A model generated the notes under the pieces. That model saw only the letters and a program-made list of their open reading frames with translations. It made no database searches and was not told the DNA's origin. A program made the translations under genes and the position numbers. Positions 26,774 through 38,959 of a stretch of 64,000 nt of DNA are shown here, one piece after another (position 1 is the first letter of the stretch; each line of letters opens with the position of its first letter). Origin of the DNA: Phoronis australis (Eukaryota; Animalia; Phoronida); NCBI GenBank assembly GCA_002633005.1, contig NMRA01000027.1:6489-70488 (forward strand). The letters run 5' to 3'.

Positions 26774-28528
26774 AACAACAGCAACACGGAGCGTTAAACT
26801 ATGCCCACGAATGCAACGCAAATGGTGTGCTTTTACGGTCTTTATTTGTATCATAAAAATGGCCACTAGATAGAGCAAATATGTCCAATCTATTCGAAAA
26901 TGGGAACATGTCGTTGCTTCGTTAATAGAAGGCTATTCACCAAATTTCATAAAAGTATGTCAAGGAACTTCAGTGAAACAAAGGAAAACGACATAAAATG
27001 AAATTGCCACTAGGGGACACAGCGTTTATTGGATCCACCTGAAAGTCGTTGTCTGTTGTTAGCTTTATATAAATACACTTACTAAATCTAATAACGATCC
27101 TGCAGTGATTTTAGGAGATACAGCTATGGGCGCAAAACAAAATTACCACTAGGTGATCCCACATAATCAAAGTTGCCATAACCAACTGTCCTCTTAACAC
27201 TGAGAACATATACGTCAATTTTCAAAACCATCCTTAGAATGGTTTGGTTGATGGAAGGGTGGATGCTAAAAAACACTCGAAAATGGTCACTAGGTGGCAC
27301 AAAATACCTCGATCCCAACCGACAACAGGAGAATAGTGTCGTCTCACAAAAAAGATGCCAATATTCAAAATTTTATGAAAATCTGTTGAAGGCCTTTGAA
27401 GGAGGTAAATGTAACAAACTAAAATTGCCACTAGGGGGCACACCGATAGTCATATCCATTCGAAAATCGTTATCATCTGTTGCCAACATCATATAAATAC
27501 ACTTGACGAATTTAGTAAACATCCTGCAAACAGTTTAGGAGATACAGTCATGGGCACATAAAACCAAAACAGCCACTATGAGGCGCCACAGTAGACATAG
27601 GGTTGGCAAATCATCGTCAGCTGTCCTCTTCACAGTATGTACATGCAAATTATCAAAACCATCCTTAGAGCAGTTTGTTTGATAGAGGGGTGGACGCTAA
27701 AAAACAGATTCGAAAACAGTAGAAATGGCCACTAGGTGGCACAAACTACATTGAATCCATCTGAAAACGGGAGAATAGCGTAATCATACTAATAGATGCC
27801 TATATGCCAAATTTTATGAAAATATGTGGAGGACCTTTGACGATAGAGGTAAACATAAAAAAAACAAAATTGCCGCTAGGGACACGCCAGCAGCCAGATC
27901 CTTCCGAAAGTCAGCATTGTCCATTGTCAACATCACATAAATACACTTGCTAAATTTAGTAAAGATCCTGCAAACAGTTTAGGAGATACAGCCATAGGCG
28001 CAAAAAGAACAAAAAATGCCAATAGGCGGCGCCACATTAGTCGTCAGAAAATCATCGTCAGCCATTTTCTTCATAGCAAGAACATACATGCCAATTTCCA
28101 CAATCATCCTTGGAGCACTTTGGTTGATAGAGGGGTCGATGCCAAAAAACTTTACTCGAAAGCTGTAAAAATGGCCACTAGATGGCACAAACTATGCCGA
28201 ATCCATCCGAAAACGGGAGGAAAACATCACCTCACTAATAGGTGCCTTTATACCAAATTTTATGAGAATTCGTTGAGGACCTTTGGAGATACAGACTGAG
28301 GTAAATGTAAAAAACTAAAATTGCCACTAGGGGGCACACCAGTAGTCCAATCCGTCCAAAAGCTAGCTCATGCCTTCCCATCCATCAAAGAAGCAGATGT
28401 GCAAAACTTGATGAACATACGTCAAGGGGTTTTGGAGATAGAGCACCGGATGCCGGACACCAGACGTCGGACGGACACACAAAGATGACGGCACAATGCG
28501 TCCACATATAAATATGTGGGCGCATAAA
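26774..28528 (+). mobile_element. Helentron/DINE-1-like element (family D), apparently complete copy
   Basis: 5' AACAACAGC module, ~11 internal ~145-bp repeats, a (CGGA/GACA)-type microsatellite at 28445-28480, and a 3' stem-loop ATGCGTCCACATA-taaa-TATGTGGGCGCAT. No TSD evident. Confidence 0.75.
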
Positions 28529-29863
28529 GATTGAACATGGTGAAACGGAATACTTGAACCATTCACCACTTCACTGCACCATATTAGTCACCTCACCACA
28601 CAGTATGAACATTATGAAGTCACCTCAGTACAAAGTATGAACATTATGAAGTCACCTCAGTACAAAGTATGAACATTACGAAGCTAGCTTACTACGCAGT
28701 ATGAACATTTTGAGGTTACAACTCTCCGTGAACTCTTAATATCACAACTGCAATAAACTTGCGTTCTGTTGGAGAAACAAACCTTTGATTTTGCCCATTA
28801 GCACTACTGGTATAAAATGGGGCTATTCGGAAATTTACATTAACTAGAGGGCGCGTGTGTACTACTGGTGATAGATGAGCAGCCTCGATTTCGCGAGCCC
28901 TTTAAATACATGGTCAAATGGCTTGCAGCCATGCCAACTGAATCTGGGATTGCGTGCTTCTATGAGAGGAAGTAAGCACGCCCTTATACAAAGGTAAGGT
29001 TTGTGATTATTTTAACGATTATTCCATGTTTATTCTACTGATGCCTGTTATCTGAGGTACTCGCCGATGTCGACTTTACGGCAGTCGCCAGTCGCGTTAA
29101 TCTTTTTTGTGATGTGTGTTACAATACTTAACGTAGCTCTCGGGATCTTTTCATACATCAAAGCAGTACATGTATTATTGTTTGAAATGATTTCTAACAG
29201 GTTTATCAGTGACAGTTACATCAATCAATGCTGAACGTTTATGTTGTCAACTCGATATTGGTTGGTGAGTTAAGATTACAATCCAAGCCCAATGGCAAAG
29301 GGTACTGACAAATATCCATTAGACTATTTGTTTACTCCCTACCCTATGTCTTCCGGAAATCTATTACATCATGTTGAAATGGAATCTATCATGTCTGTTT
29401 TCACGTGACCTTTGGTTTTTAGGTTTGAGGGCATGTACCGAGCAGAGGAGATATGCATCGCTTCTGCAACATCCCTGAATGGACAAAAATTGGTTTTTTA
29501 GCATTTGACTGCAGCTAACCAGCAAGATCTTCCCATCCAGTGCAGATCTGTTGTCAAAGCCCACTTTCTACCTTCGAGACAACGAACAAAGCCTTTGAAA
29601 AGAGTTATTTTTAAAGAAAGGTATGTACCGGTAAGTCATTTTGTTAAATTTACTTATTCAGGTCCTTAGCAGGGGATTGGCATAGGGGGTTGGGCTCGTA
29701 ATATTTGGTGCAACTGTATGAGTGGAAATAACAGGTAATACATGTTTGGGGGAAAGAGCATGGTGAGGTAATTCTTAACCTTCATGAAGTTCCTTCAAGT
29801 TTATTTCATGAAACTGTTTTGCTATCAACTGTAAACTCATTCTCACTAACTGAATAGTTTTAA

Positions 29864-31542
29864 AGGAGAATGCCACTGTTTTAATTAGTCTTTCTTACCA
29901 TCTTAATCGGACTATATCCACATTGCCTCGCATACGGTCGACCTTACCTTGACAAGAGGTGTCGCGTTAACCTGTGAGGAAGGTGAAAAACGACGCAGCG
30001 ACCTCAGTGGTTCATTTGCATAGTGAATGCCGCTATGTTGTGGTGCATCGTTCCCGCTTGTCTTAACAATGCAGATGCGAGGAAAGCGGGTATATCGTTT
30101 TTTTTACTTCCTCGAGAGTCTGAAATGCTTTGGAAGTGGCTCGCAGTAGTGAAGAATGAAAAGTTTGCTGTAAATAGCAAGTATGAGGCCGTGAAACATC
30201 TCCATGTCTGTAGCCTGCAGTTGTCGGTCGACAGTGAGTCTGACGAATGCAGGCTTACCAACTAACTATCCATACGTTCCGTTGCCTGAGCTTGTTCACG
30301 GCGCGTCTCTAGTATTTCTTCATCACTGTATTCCGGTTCGAACTGATAGACGGTGAAACTTAATGATCCACCTGCGAAGTCTTCGTCGTATGAGCTCTGG
30401 TCTAAGTCGGGATTGCGAGTTGCCATGTTGACGTTTATTACTGAGCGTTCTGTTTCAATATGAATTATTCTCACCCTAACCAATACTTATATAACACTGA
30501 AACAAAGTCTGTCTCATTAGATGCAATTTGTAATGCCTTTGGAGTGTTTGTGAGTGCAAATGATTTGAGAAGCCAGCAATGAATAAATCCCTGCTTTACC
30601 GGCTTTAGGTGCAATAAAAGTAATTGACCGGACACCAAGGCCGTGTGAGCGCATGCTTATTCAGTGCTTGCTGACAGAAACCGTTGTGAAACAATAACTC
30701 GATTTTCTTTCTCACGGTCAGGTGTTAGGGGAATCTTTATTTACCTATACATTATTCAAATAATGATTGTCAATGAACAACTTCTGTCCTTACGGTTCTG
30801 TAGCCAAAGGGGAACCTGAATTCGCGGCACCCCCACGAGTAAGTAGATTTGCAGTTTCGTGGCTAATTCACCAACATAATCACGTGCACATGACTTCTTT
30901 GGCTCACTAGTATAGTATTTTCTTGACTACAAGTTTAGTTTCCAACCATGGCTGGTTTATGTTCGTGATGTCTTCAGTCCGGCCGCGATGGGCCTGATTG
31001 GGTACTGAGCCACTGGCCGGGACTGATAAGGAGTCAGTCCGGCTGCAACGGGCCTGATCGGGTTCCGAGCCACTGGCTGGAATAACAAGCGTTTTGTTTG
31101 TTTAGAATTAAAAAAATAAGTCTAAACAACACAGATCTAGGTTCTCCTGTCGGTATTTCACGGAAGAATACTTCGAATTTGTCTCCACAGACCCCAAACA
31201 CCTGCTACGGACCTTGGTAAATTGGCCTGCCGAACTTTGTAAGCTACGGTGTGTCCAAATACCAAAAAATCTGTAACAGCTAAATAAAACAACACGTTTT
31301 TATAAGAACTCGGTGTATTTTTAAGGGTTTTAAACCGAAGTTTGACGATTTATTGGTGTTAAGCAATAAATTCAATCGATAAGCTGACACTAGTAACATG
31401 TGTTGTGAACTGCTGAACAGACTGTGTGTGAAACCAGTGACATCATTGGATAATTTCAAAGCCTCCGTCTGCCGTCAGGTGTCAGGTAACTACTTGATCT
31501 AAATCGATACAAAATAGGTTGTTTTTTGGGTGGCGTGCTCCT
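29864..31542. mobile_element. Kolobok-like internally deleted DNA transposon nested in the ISL2EU-like element
   Basis: TTAA TSD (29860-63, 31543-46). TIR AGGAGAATGCCAC / GTGGCGTGCTCCT (11/13). THAP-like ORF 30023..30265 and a convergent YQFEP ORF 30262..30483. Confidence 0.8.
30035..30265 (+). pseudogene. Truncated THAP-domain ORF (transposon-derived)
   Basis: MLWCIVPAC.N...GISFFLLP...W....VCSL matches the THAP C-x4-C...F..P...W...CS.H pattern. It breaks off at the HF position. Confidence 0.75.
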
Positions 31543-32179
31543 TTAAGGCATGCCCTGAAATGTAGCAAGTCGTTTATAAATTTAAGTGACTGCCATTTTT
31601 TGTGAAAATTGCGTTTTTGATGGTGTCTTATGATTTGTAATTACTCTTAAACAACCGAAAGATTATCCATCATTGTTTAAATGACCAAAGTCTTCATATC
31701 TTCTATTAGAAGAAAAATAAAAAGTCTGAGATACGGTTCCCTCAGCCATAGACTAGAAGTATGCTTGACAGACCCATATTTCTGTAATTGGACTTAAAAA
31801 TTGCTGAAAGTATCAAAAATAAAAAGTCTTGAAAATGGGTAACAAAGGCTTGAAATTGTCTCAAAAAACTTGCATATTTTGCAGACAAGTGATGGGTTTA
31901 AAGAATTGTTATGGCTACGAATGAAAAATAAAGAGTAGACGTAGTTTTATACAATACTAATTATATACACCCTTGCTTTCTGAAAATAGTTTTTAACTTT
32001 GTGTGAAATTGTAGAGTAGTCACCGTATCACATTTTTGAAAAACAGGGGTAGCATTTTTGACCCAACCTGGAGTACTTAATTATTCATATTTCAATATTT
32101 GTTCCAGGTTCAGTGACATTTTAAGGCCACTTCAAGCTGCAACATAGACAAGCTTTGTTACTCATTTCTCTTCCCACAG

Positions 32180-32590
32180 CATTTCCACACACCAGCAGAG
32201 CTGCATGGCACAGTGTAAAAGTCAGTGGCCCTGGAGAAATGTGAATCACAGTACTATGTTACCACAAGACAATGTGCCAGTGGATTGTTTGTGTACGAAG
32301 AGGAACTATATATGACTGCTACACAAGTCAGCCTCATTGGTGAGGATGCCCTTTCATAGGCAATAAGTCACATGTGGACAATAGCTTATTTCCTTTCCAT
32401 GAGGGACTGAAACTTAAAGATGTAGTGACACTCTGGTGCAGTTCGGGGTCAGATTTTGGGCACAAAACGAGTGAAAGTGATATGCTGTTGTGTGTACCTT
32501 AAAGGATCTAATTGTGGATGTTATTGAGGCTGAATGAAGTTACATGAAGGAAAGCCACGTGCTGAAACTGGACAAGTACTTTTATAGGCC
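32180..32590 (+). pseudogene. YqaJ-like exonuclease/recombinase remnant
   Basis: Across frameshifts: HG...A, SGLFV, CPF, LKLK, VRGQILGT, DLIVDVI, LDKYF, in the expected YqaJ motif order. Confidence 0.6.
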
Positions 32591-34029
32591 ATTGAAACTA
32601 GATCCCAGTGAAATGAAGACCACAAGCATCTGGTATAAATACCTGTCCTTGCTCAATGAGTGACATTAACTTTTCTTTTCTAATGGTAAAAACCTTTCAA
32701 CTTGGCACAAATTATGGGGAAATGACATTCAGTGACTGCATCGATTGTCTTATTGTCAGTAGAAAGCCTGTTAATGTTACACTTTGATGATCGAATAAAT
32801 TTTTCATCAACAGGCAAGTTTGTCACTAATTATTGAAACCACAATATTTCTTCAGTTTTAAAGCTCCATACAGTGCAGTTGTGCTTATTCTTTATAAAGC
32901 TGAAATGATTATCGAATACGCTTGTGAATTGCCATTTTCCTGTTAACCTATGTGCAGCGATCAAAATGAAGTATTCCCTTTGTTTGCATGAGCTTTCTTA
33001 AGAAGGCCTTTGAACAATTTTAAGTTTTGTGTTAACTTGTCTATAAACAAAAGTTCCACATGCAAGAAAAGTATACTTTCAATTGTAGCTAGCTGGATAA
33101 GACTCTACTATACACAAGAATCGAGAAAAAACAATTATAAGTCAGTGTATTTAAAAGCAAAATGGCAAACTGAACACACAGAGAAACAACATACAACAGC
33201 CACACACAGAGAAACAACATACAACTGTAATTTTCCCAATGGAACGGAGTCCATAATCAGGCATATTAAGTGCTGAATTTCTGAATTAGGTTCAATTCTC
33301 TTAGGTTATTGCTGAAACATTGCTTTTCACTTTGTCCAAAGGTAAAATAGACGGTCAGGCGGTTGGTTTCAGTCGTTTTCCCTCACCTATAACAGAATAG
33401 TCAGAGAAATATTAGAAAATTACAAAAGAAAACACAAGACAAAACTACATTTGTAAGGCAGAACATACTTGACATTTCATCTTCATGTTTATATGTAGAA
33501 ACTAATAATCTTTGTACCCAAGTCTTATTTAAGATCTGAATTAAAATAAGTGAAACAGGCTAAAATTGACTTAACATGTATTTTTCATGACACGTAAAAT
33601 GTGCTTCTGATCTCAACAAGTAAAATTCAGTCTAGGTGTCAATTTTTATTCCAATGCATTGATACGACGTTTGTTGAATTAAGGCTTATTCATGTTCATT
33701 TGGCAACTAATCTGGTAGTCCTGGGGGTGGGGCAGCTATAAAATAAGGAAAGTCACTCATCTAGAGAATTTTATTGGACATAACATAGCTTTGAAGAGAA
33801 ACTGTGAAAAAGACACCCTTGACTTCTGAGCGTCATGTACCATACACCTGTTATGTTGGGCGCATTCCCACCCAGGACATTATGTGAATATGTTGCTAGC
33901 CTACCCGGCATCCAAGTCCCGGGTGAGTTTTGGAAAAGAAACAATTAGTTCCACTCAATTATTCAGTGGGGTAACTGGTGGGGATAACATCACCAAACGA
34001 TATGTCAAAAGAAACTGATTGCTAAATAC

Positions 34030-34250
34030 TTACCAAAAAAGGTTACAGTATGTAGTCTCCCAATGGAAATGCAAAAAAGCACACTGATGGGGCTTTGGCA
34101 TGCACAAACTTTTTGTCAGTTGGTTGACACTTTTGACCGCAATTCTCCACGAATGTAGTAACCTAAGGTCTTTTGGGAATTTGTGACCACCTCTCGAAGA
34201 CTTGCACCAGGGAAAACATCAATAATAACGACGTATTTTGATAACATTTC
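34030..34250 (-). pseudogene. THAP-domain remnant at the 5' end of the ISL2EU-like transposase gene
   Basis: CFPWCK...HKFPKDLRLLHSWRIAVK...PKPH..C.LHF, followed by a GTAAGT donor near 34033. Confidence 0.65.
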
Positions 34251-34644
34251 CGTCTTTTTACCAGCTGTTTACATGCAGACAGCGACGCATGCGCAATTCA
34301 ATCACCACTAGTACAGCAGCGACACCGCGAGAAGCATTCTCCGAATAGCCCCATTGGTGTCATCATGTTCCTTACTCAAATGAGAAGAGATTTTTGGAGT
34401 CACATTTTGTAATTGCGTCAGACCACACTCGCAAATAAACAGACAAATACTGTGACAAGTCAACTTACAGTCTAATCTCAAGTAATAAGGAGTCAAGTTG
34501 TTTCCAAGCCAGAAAGTGACACCCATTTTGACTACGGAACAATATGAGACCAAATTCATACAGTAAGTGATCTAAACCAAAGCTTAGTTTTGGTCATTGA
34601 AGGTGGCTAACTACTTCAGCTAACATATCATGAAATTTTACATG

Positions 34645-36035
34645 TATCGTATTCGCCCTAATAACCGCCCAGGGCACTAAGAAAAGTTCGTTTCGGGGGG
34701 AGGGTGCTCATTGTAACCCAAGGCGGTTGAAACCCGGTCTCAGAAACGGCTGAAATCGGAAGCTAAGATTCATCATATTTACGCTCTGTGACATATCTGT
34801 AATCTATGAAAGACTTTCTACAAAACCGTGGTGCATTGCTATCAAACTTTGCTGCTAAAGTACGATCATTTCACAGAAAATTGTGCTGCAATCCCAGGGC
34901 CAAAACTCGATGACTGACTGCCATGCAATCGTCGATATGGCGACTTGAATGCTTGAAGAAAAATACAGTTTCGACTCAACAAATTACCTGAAGTATGGCT
35001 GCAATACGAGAAAAATCTCTGGACGAACACACATGTTGTTGTCACGTGACGTTTGTTTTGAACTTCGTCTGCGTTTGTGAGTAAGCAAGCGCGTGCATGT
35101 CATCAGAATTCATTTGCAAGAGCAGAGACCGTCTTTGGCCAATGCAATTTAATGAGCTAGATGTGCATTGTATCTAAAGAAATTAGCACAAGCACTAGGC
35201 CTAAAGCAGAACGTGTTTCATTCAGCACTTGCCGGTCTTGTGCTAAAAACGTTCGACATGTCTCGGTGAGGCCATATTATTTGTCGTGTGGCTGGATGCA
35301 TACGTGACTATCTGACGGTTATTTTTCGGTGCAAGGGTGCGTAAGCGTTCACTGTCAGTGGTCATTTTATCGGCTATTAGGTTTCAAAACACCAATTATG
35401 GTTAATCAAACATTCCCATCTTTTATAGTATTAGCAACTGTTGGAAATTAGTGCCAATATTCATTTCTTGCTGATGCTGTGCTACCCGTTTCATGAATAG
35501 ATAGTACCCAACTAATGTCTTTGATGACAGGTACATGTATTTAGCGTGCGCTTCTTGGCCATGTGCTTTTAACTCTGGCCAAGGTTTTTTATTAGTCCTC
35601 GATTCGCAGTTTTCATGTGCACAAAGAAATTTGGATTCCTCTTGAAAGCAAGAAATATCTACAACACAATCTCGTTAACAAGTACACTACGTCTGTTCTG
35701 AAAGCCCAGACCATAGTGGGACACATTCCTCGCAAGATAAGCAAAACTTTTGTGTTCGTTTTGGGGCTCAGCGGACGGAAGTTCGAAGTGTATAGTCACG
35801 GCTAAATAAAGACATGGCGGCGAGGCTCGTGGTCTACAAATTCTGCGCACAATGATTTTTTCAGGACTCTCGGATATTATTGATAAATTGAAGACGTTTC
35901 CGTAGAATTTTAGGACTGTAGGTAAGGCATTTGTCACACGTACACGTTCATGGACTGGGCGCTTATTTTAGCAAAGTCTGAAAACGCGTGGGGGTGCATA
36001 TAGGGGCATGGGCAGTTATTAGGACGAATACAGTA
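34645..36035 (+). mobile_element. TIR family B, copy with both ends (TA TSD), carrying a HIRAN-like ORF remnant
   Basis: TA-TCGTATTCGCCCTAATAACCGCCC ... GGGCAGTTATTAGGACGAATACAG-TA (20/24 inverted match). Confidence 0.85.
35594..35870 (+). pseudogene. Decayed HIRAN-like domain ORF
   Basis: SIRSFHVHKEIWIP...NLVNKYT..V....IVGHIPRKIS, then in a shifted frame CIVTAK*R....GLQI..IFSG. Confidence 0.65.
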
Positions 36036-36220
36036 AACACAAAAATGGGGTTCATCTTATAACAAATGTTTGTCAATTAAAAGTCATCATATTGAAGTAA
36101 ATTGGACTCGGAGAAACATGAGTTTAAATGCCTCAATGTATTCATATGCAAGTTATTTCTGAACCATTATAATGAAAATTTAACTATGAAATGCTTTTCA
36201 ACCATTTGTTCAGCACATAC

Positions 36221-36434
36221 TTGTCGTAGGCAGCAGTAAGCCAGTCTTCCAGTAGCTGGACACTGTCCACCTCAGACAGCTGGCTGGAGGAGGGAAGACG
36301 CTTGTTGAGGTGGGAGAAGATACTGGACAAGACACTGGTCAGCTTGTCCTTGGCAAGGTATGAACCAGCATCCAGGCTGTTGAGAGCATTCTCACGGAAA
36401 GCTTCAATTACATTCCAAATGTCAACAAGGTTCA
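36221..36434 (-). CDS. Dyb: Dystrobrevin coding exon 3, EF-hand-like region (NLVDIWNVIEAFRENAL...LNKRLP...AAYD)
   Basis: Inside ORF 36184..36477. tttttcAG acceptor and GTATGT donor. 214 nt, phase 1-2. Confidence 0.96.
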
Positions 36435-37250
36435 CTGAAAAAAATACAGAATGGTTATCACTTTTCACTTTTTTCAAAATAAATGATTATTTATAAAAAT
36501 AGGAACATGCCAACTTTAAGCAAAATTAAACTAAAAGAACTTTGATCCCCAAGACGATGGGAGTCTCGCATTATAATCATAGACATACAGCAAATTATTA
36601 TGAGAAAAAATGAATAGAACCTTCAGGGCTGTTCCAGATTACACAGCGACTTGAATCTCGCTGTATTCACCCACAGTGCCACAAGACTTGTCAAGCACTT
36701 AATAAGAGTATATTTGAGTTTTCATGCCATTGGAGTTCCACATGTTTTTTTATGCTGTTGCATTCTTTATCAGTTTTTCCTGGCTGTATTACTCTTTCCA
36801 TACATCCAATGTTAACAAGTATTATAATTGCTAAGCAGTGGGCTGCAACTCCAATGGGGGAAGTTGGATAAACTTGACAAGCACGAGTTCATTGGATTGA
36901 TTTTTAATCAAACATGATCGCCTTTCTTGAAGATACCTTTCAAGTCTCGTGTTTTTAAATGGATGATGTTAGGAACATTTCCATAGCCATGCCCTTCGAT
37001 GGTTTCCAACATGACCTGTGAAAATCTGTTTGACAGTCCAAAACTAGGACAAGGAAAACCACTCGCTGTTTTATGTCTGGGACAAAGGAGAGTTCTATCG
37101 CTGAATAATCCGGAACGACCTTATTCTCTAAATGGATTGAGCTCGGCTTCAACACTCATGAATCTCGAGACGGGGCACAGCAGGTTTACTCATCTTAGCT
37201 AGATACAAGATCAAATAGATCAGATTGGTTTCAACATTTTATTAACTTAC

Positions 37251-37331
37251 AGTGCGTCTTCTTTTGAATAAACCTTAGCTTACACGCAGTTCTATAGGTG
37301 GCAAAGCGAATCACATCGAAATTTTGAGTTC
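37251..37331 (-). CDS. Dyb: Dystrobrevin coding exon 2 ([26 protein letters not shown])
   Basis: tttcAG acceptor and GTAAGT donor. 81 nt, phase 1-1. The [16 protein letters not shown] motif is characteristic of dystrobrevin. Too short for the ORF track. Confidence 0.96.
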
Positions 37332-38089
37332 CTGAAATGACACCAGAAGTTGACAGGAATGAGTTGATGTGGTGCGTGTTGGTCTGTGTCACAGGTTAAT
37401 TTACTTACTGTTACAGTACCACCTATGGGTAAGAGTAGCCTTGTGAAAGGATTATGATCGAATCGACACACATCCGTGTATGGGGATCAGTGTGTATGGT
37501 CTGGGAATGTAACTGAAAGATATTGTGAATAGTTTGCATTGTTCGACACCTTGTTAAGAAACGAATCTGTGTAAAATGCGTCCTTATAGTCTACTGCTGT
37601 TGTTGCAGCAGCTTAGGTCACAAAGACATTTTCAACAGATGCATAATACTTCTCAAAATCAACTAATAACAGCATGTCTGAATATAATTTTCCAATCAAT
37701 CAGAATGTTTAAATTTTACCACGTTTTGTCAATCAATAAGAACCCCCGATCCAGTGTTAACACGTATACCACTGGAAAATGGTGTACATACCATTACTGC
37801 AAACCTTATCAACACAACAGCTATTCCTCACACATTCAGGTTTACAATGACACAAGTCATTTAAAAACATACGCCTAAGCAACAATATCAGTTGTTGGAT
37901 GTGGCTTGCACAGTTTTGAGCAGGACTCAACTCACTTTTAGCTAATACAATAACAGATGGACAATAACTGTACTCGGAGTCATGACAATGTCGTACTTGC
38001 CTGTGCTCACTACCAATGTCAGGACACCATCATGTACCCAATGCTCGAAAAGTTCTCTTTTTCATCGCCATGGGTGGCAGCAATAACAG

Positions 38090-38345
38090 ATTCTGTGGCG
38101 ATAAGACATTCCAGCATGTCGCCCAATGGTGATCAAAAATGTTCACGAAGTACAGCAGATTACGTCAACAATGGTTCTGTTGCCCTCAGATTAATCTTTG
38201 ATGAATAAATTTACAAACTTACCAGGCAAAGTAATAGTATTGAGCCTTATTGTGATGAGGATCCCTTGATAGATTGACTGTAGTTAGCACAGACAATCAA
38301 TGACCACACAGTGCTTCACTTGGGTTGCAGCTCAAGCTGTCATGT
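38090..38345 (+). mobile_element. Old diverged fragment related to family A
   Basis: gtcgcccaatggtg...ggttctgttgccctcagattaatc aligns with 1555-1650. Confidence 0.55.
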
Positions 38346-38367
38346 GTTAAAGAGGTTACCATACCAT

Positions 38368-38700
38368 GATGTGAGTAGGACTAAGAGTGTGCAAGAGGTT
38401 ACAGTCCCCCGACATGCGTAGCACTAAGAGTGTGCAAGAGGTTACAGTCCCCTGACATGAGTAGGACTAAGAGTGTGCAAGAGGTTACACTCCCCTGACA
38501 CGAGCAAGACTAAGAGTGTGCAAGAGGTTACTTTCCCCTGATATGAGTAGGACTAAGAGTGTGCAAGAGATTACTGTCCCCTGACATGAGTAGGACTAAG
38601 AGTGTGCAAGAGGTTACTGTCCCCTGACATGAGTAGAACTAAAAGTGTGCAAGAGGTTACTGTCCCCTGATATGAGTAGGACTAAGAGTGTGCAAGAGGT
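38368..38700. repeat. 43-bp minisatellite x~7.5 (gagtaggactaagagtgtgcaagaggttactgtcccctgacat)
   Basis: Directly visible. Confidence 0.95.
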
Positions 38701-38892
38701 CACATGTTGCAGTGGTGACGAAATAAATGTTTAAAAAAGTATTTCAGATATTTTTTATGTATAGCATGTTTCACTGCAACTTAATGAATTATAAAAGTAA
38801 GGCTTAAGTGTGGCTGTTTTGCATCTACTGTCCAGTTCTTCTCACCTTAGATGTTACGTAAAATATGCTACACAACAGGAACAGTCACTTAC

Positions 38893-38959
38893 TCATCTCA
38901 TTCATCAGCAGAAGGACCGCTGGCTGACCTCTACCCAAGGAGGCAGTTTCTTCTAGCAT
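38893..38959 (-). CDS. Dyb: Dystrobrevin coding exon 1 (MLEETASLGRGQPAVLLLMNEM-R)
   Basis: ATG at 38959. GTAAGT donor at 38892. Acceptor ...cattgcAG at 38990-38989, so the exon begins at 38988 with 29 nt before the ATG. 67 coding nt, phase 1, joins the next exon as AGA (R). Resembles the dystrobrevin N-terminus ending ...EMR. Confidence 0.85.

Larger units (their letters stand above)
28819..34352. mobile_element. ISL2EU (PIF/Harbinger-related)-like DNA transposon, decayed, ~5.5 kb including nested inserts
   Basis: Perfect TIR GGGGCTATTCGGA / TCCGAATAGCCCC with AT on both sides. A shared subterminal TGTACTA(C/G)TGGTGAT motif. YqaJ-like remnant on + and THAP remnant on -. Confidence 0.8.

Noticed and set aside
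10969-38959. Dystrophin/utrophin or dystrotelin identity
   Set aside because: No WW or spectrin exons precede the EF region. The ATG exon and the [24 protein letters not shown] motifs fit dystrobrevin.
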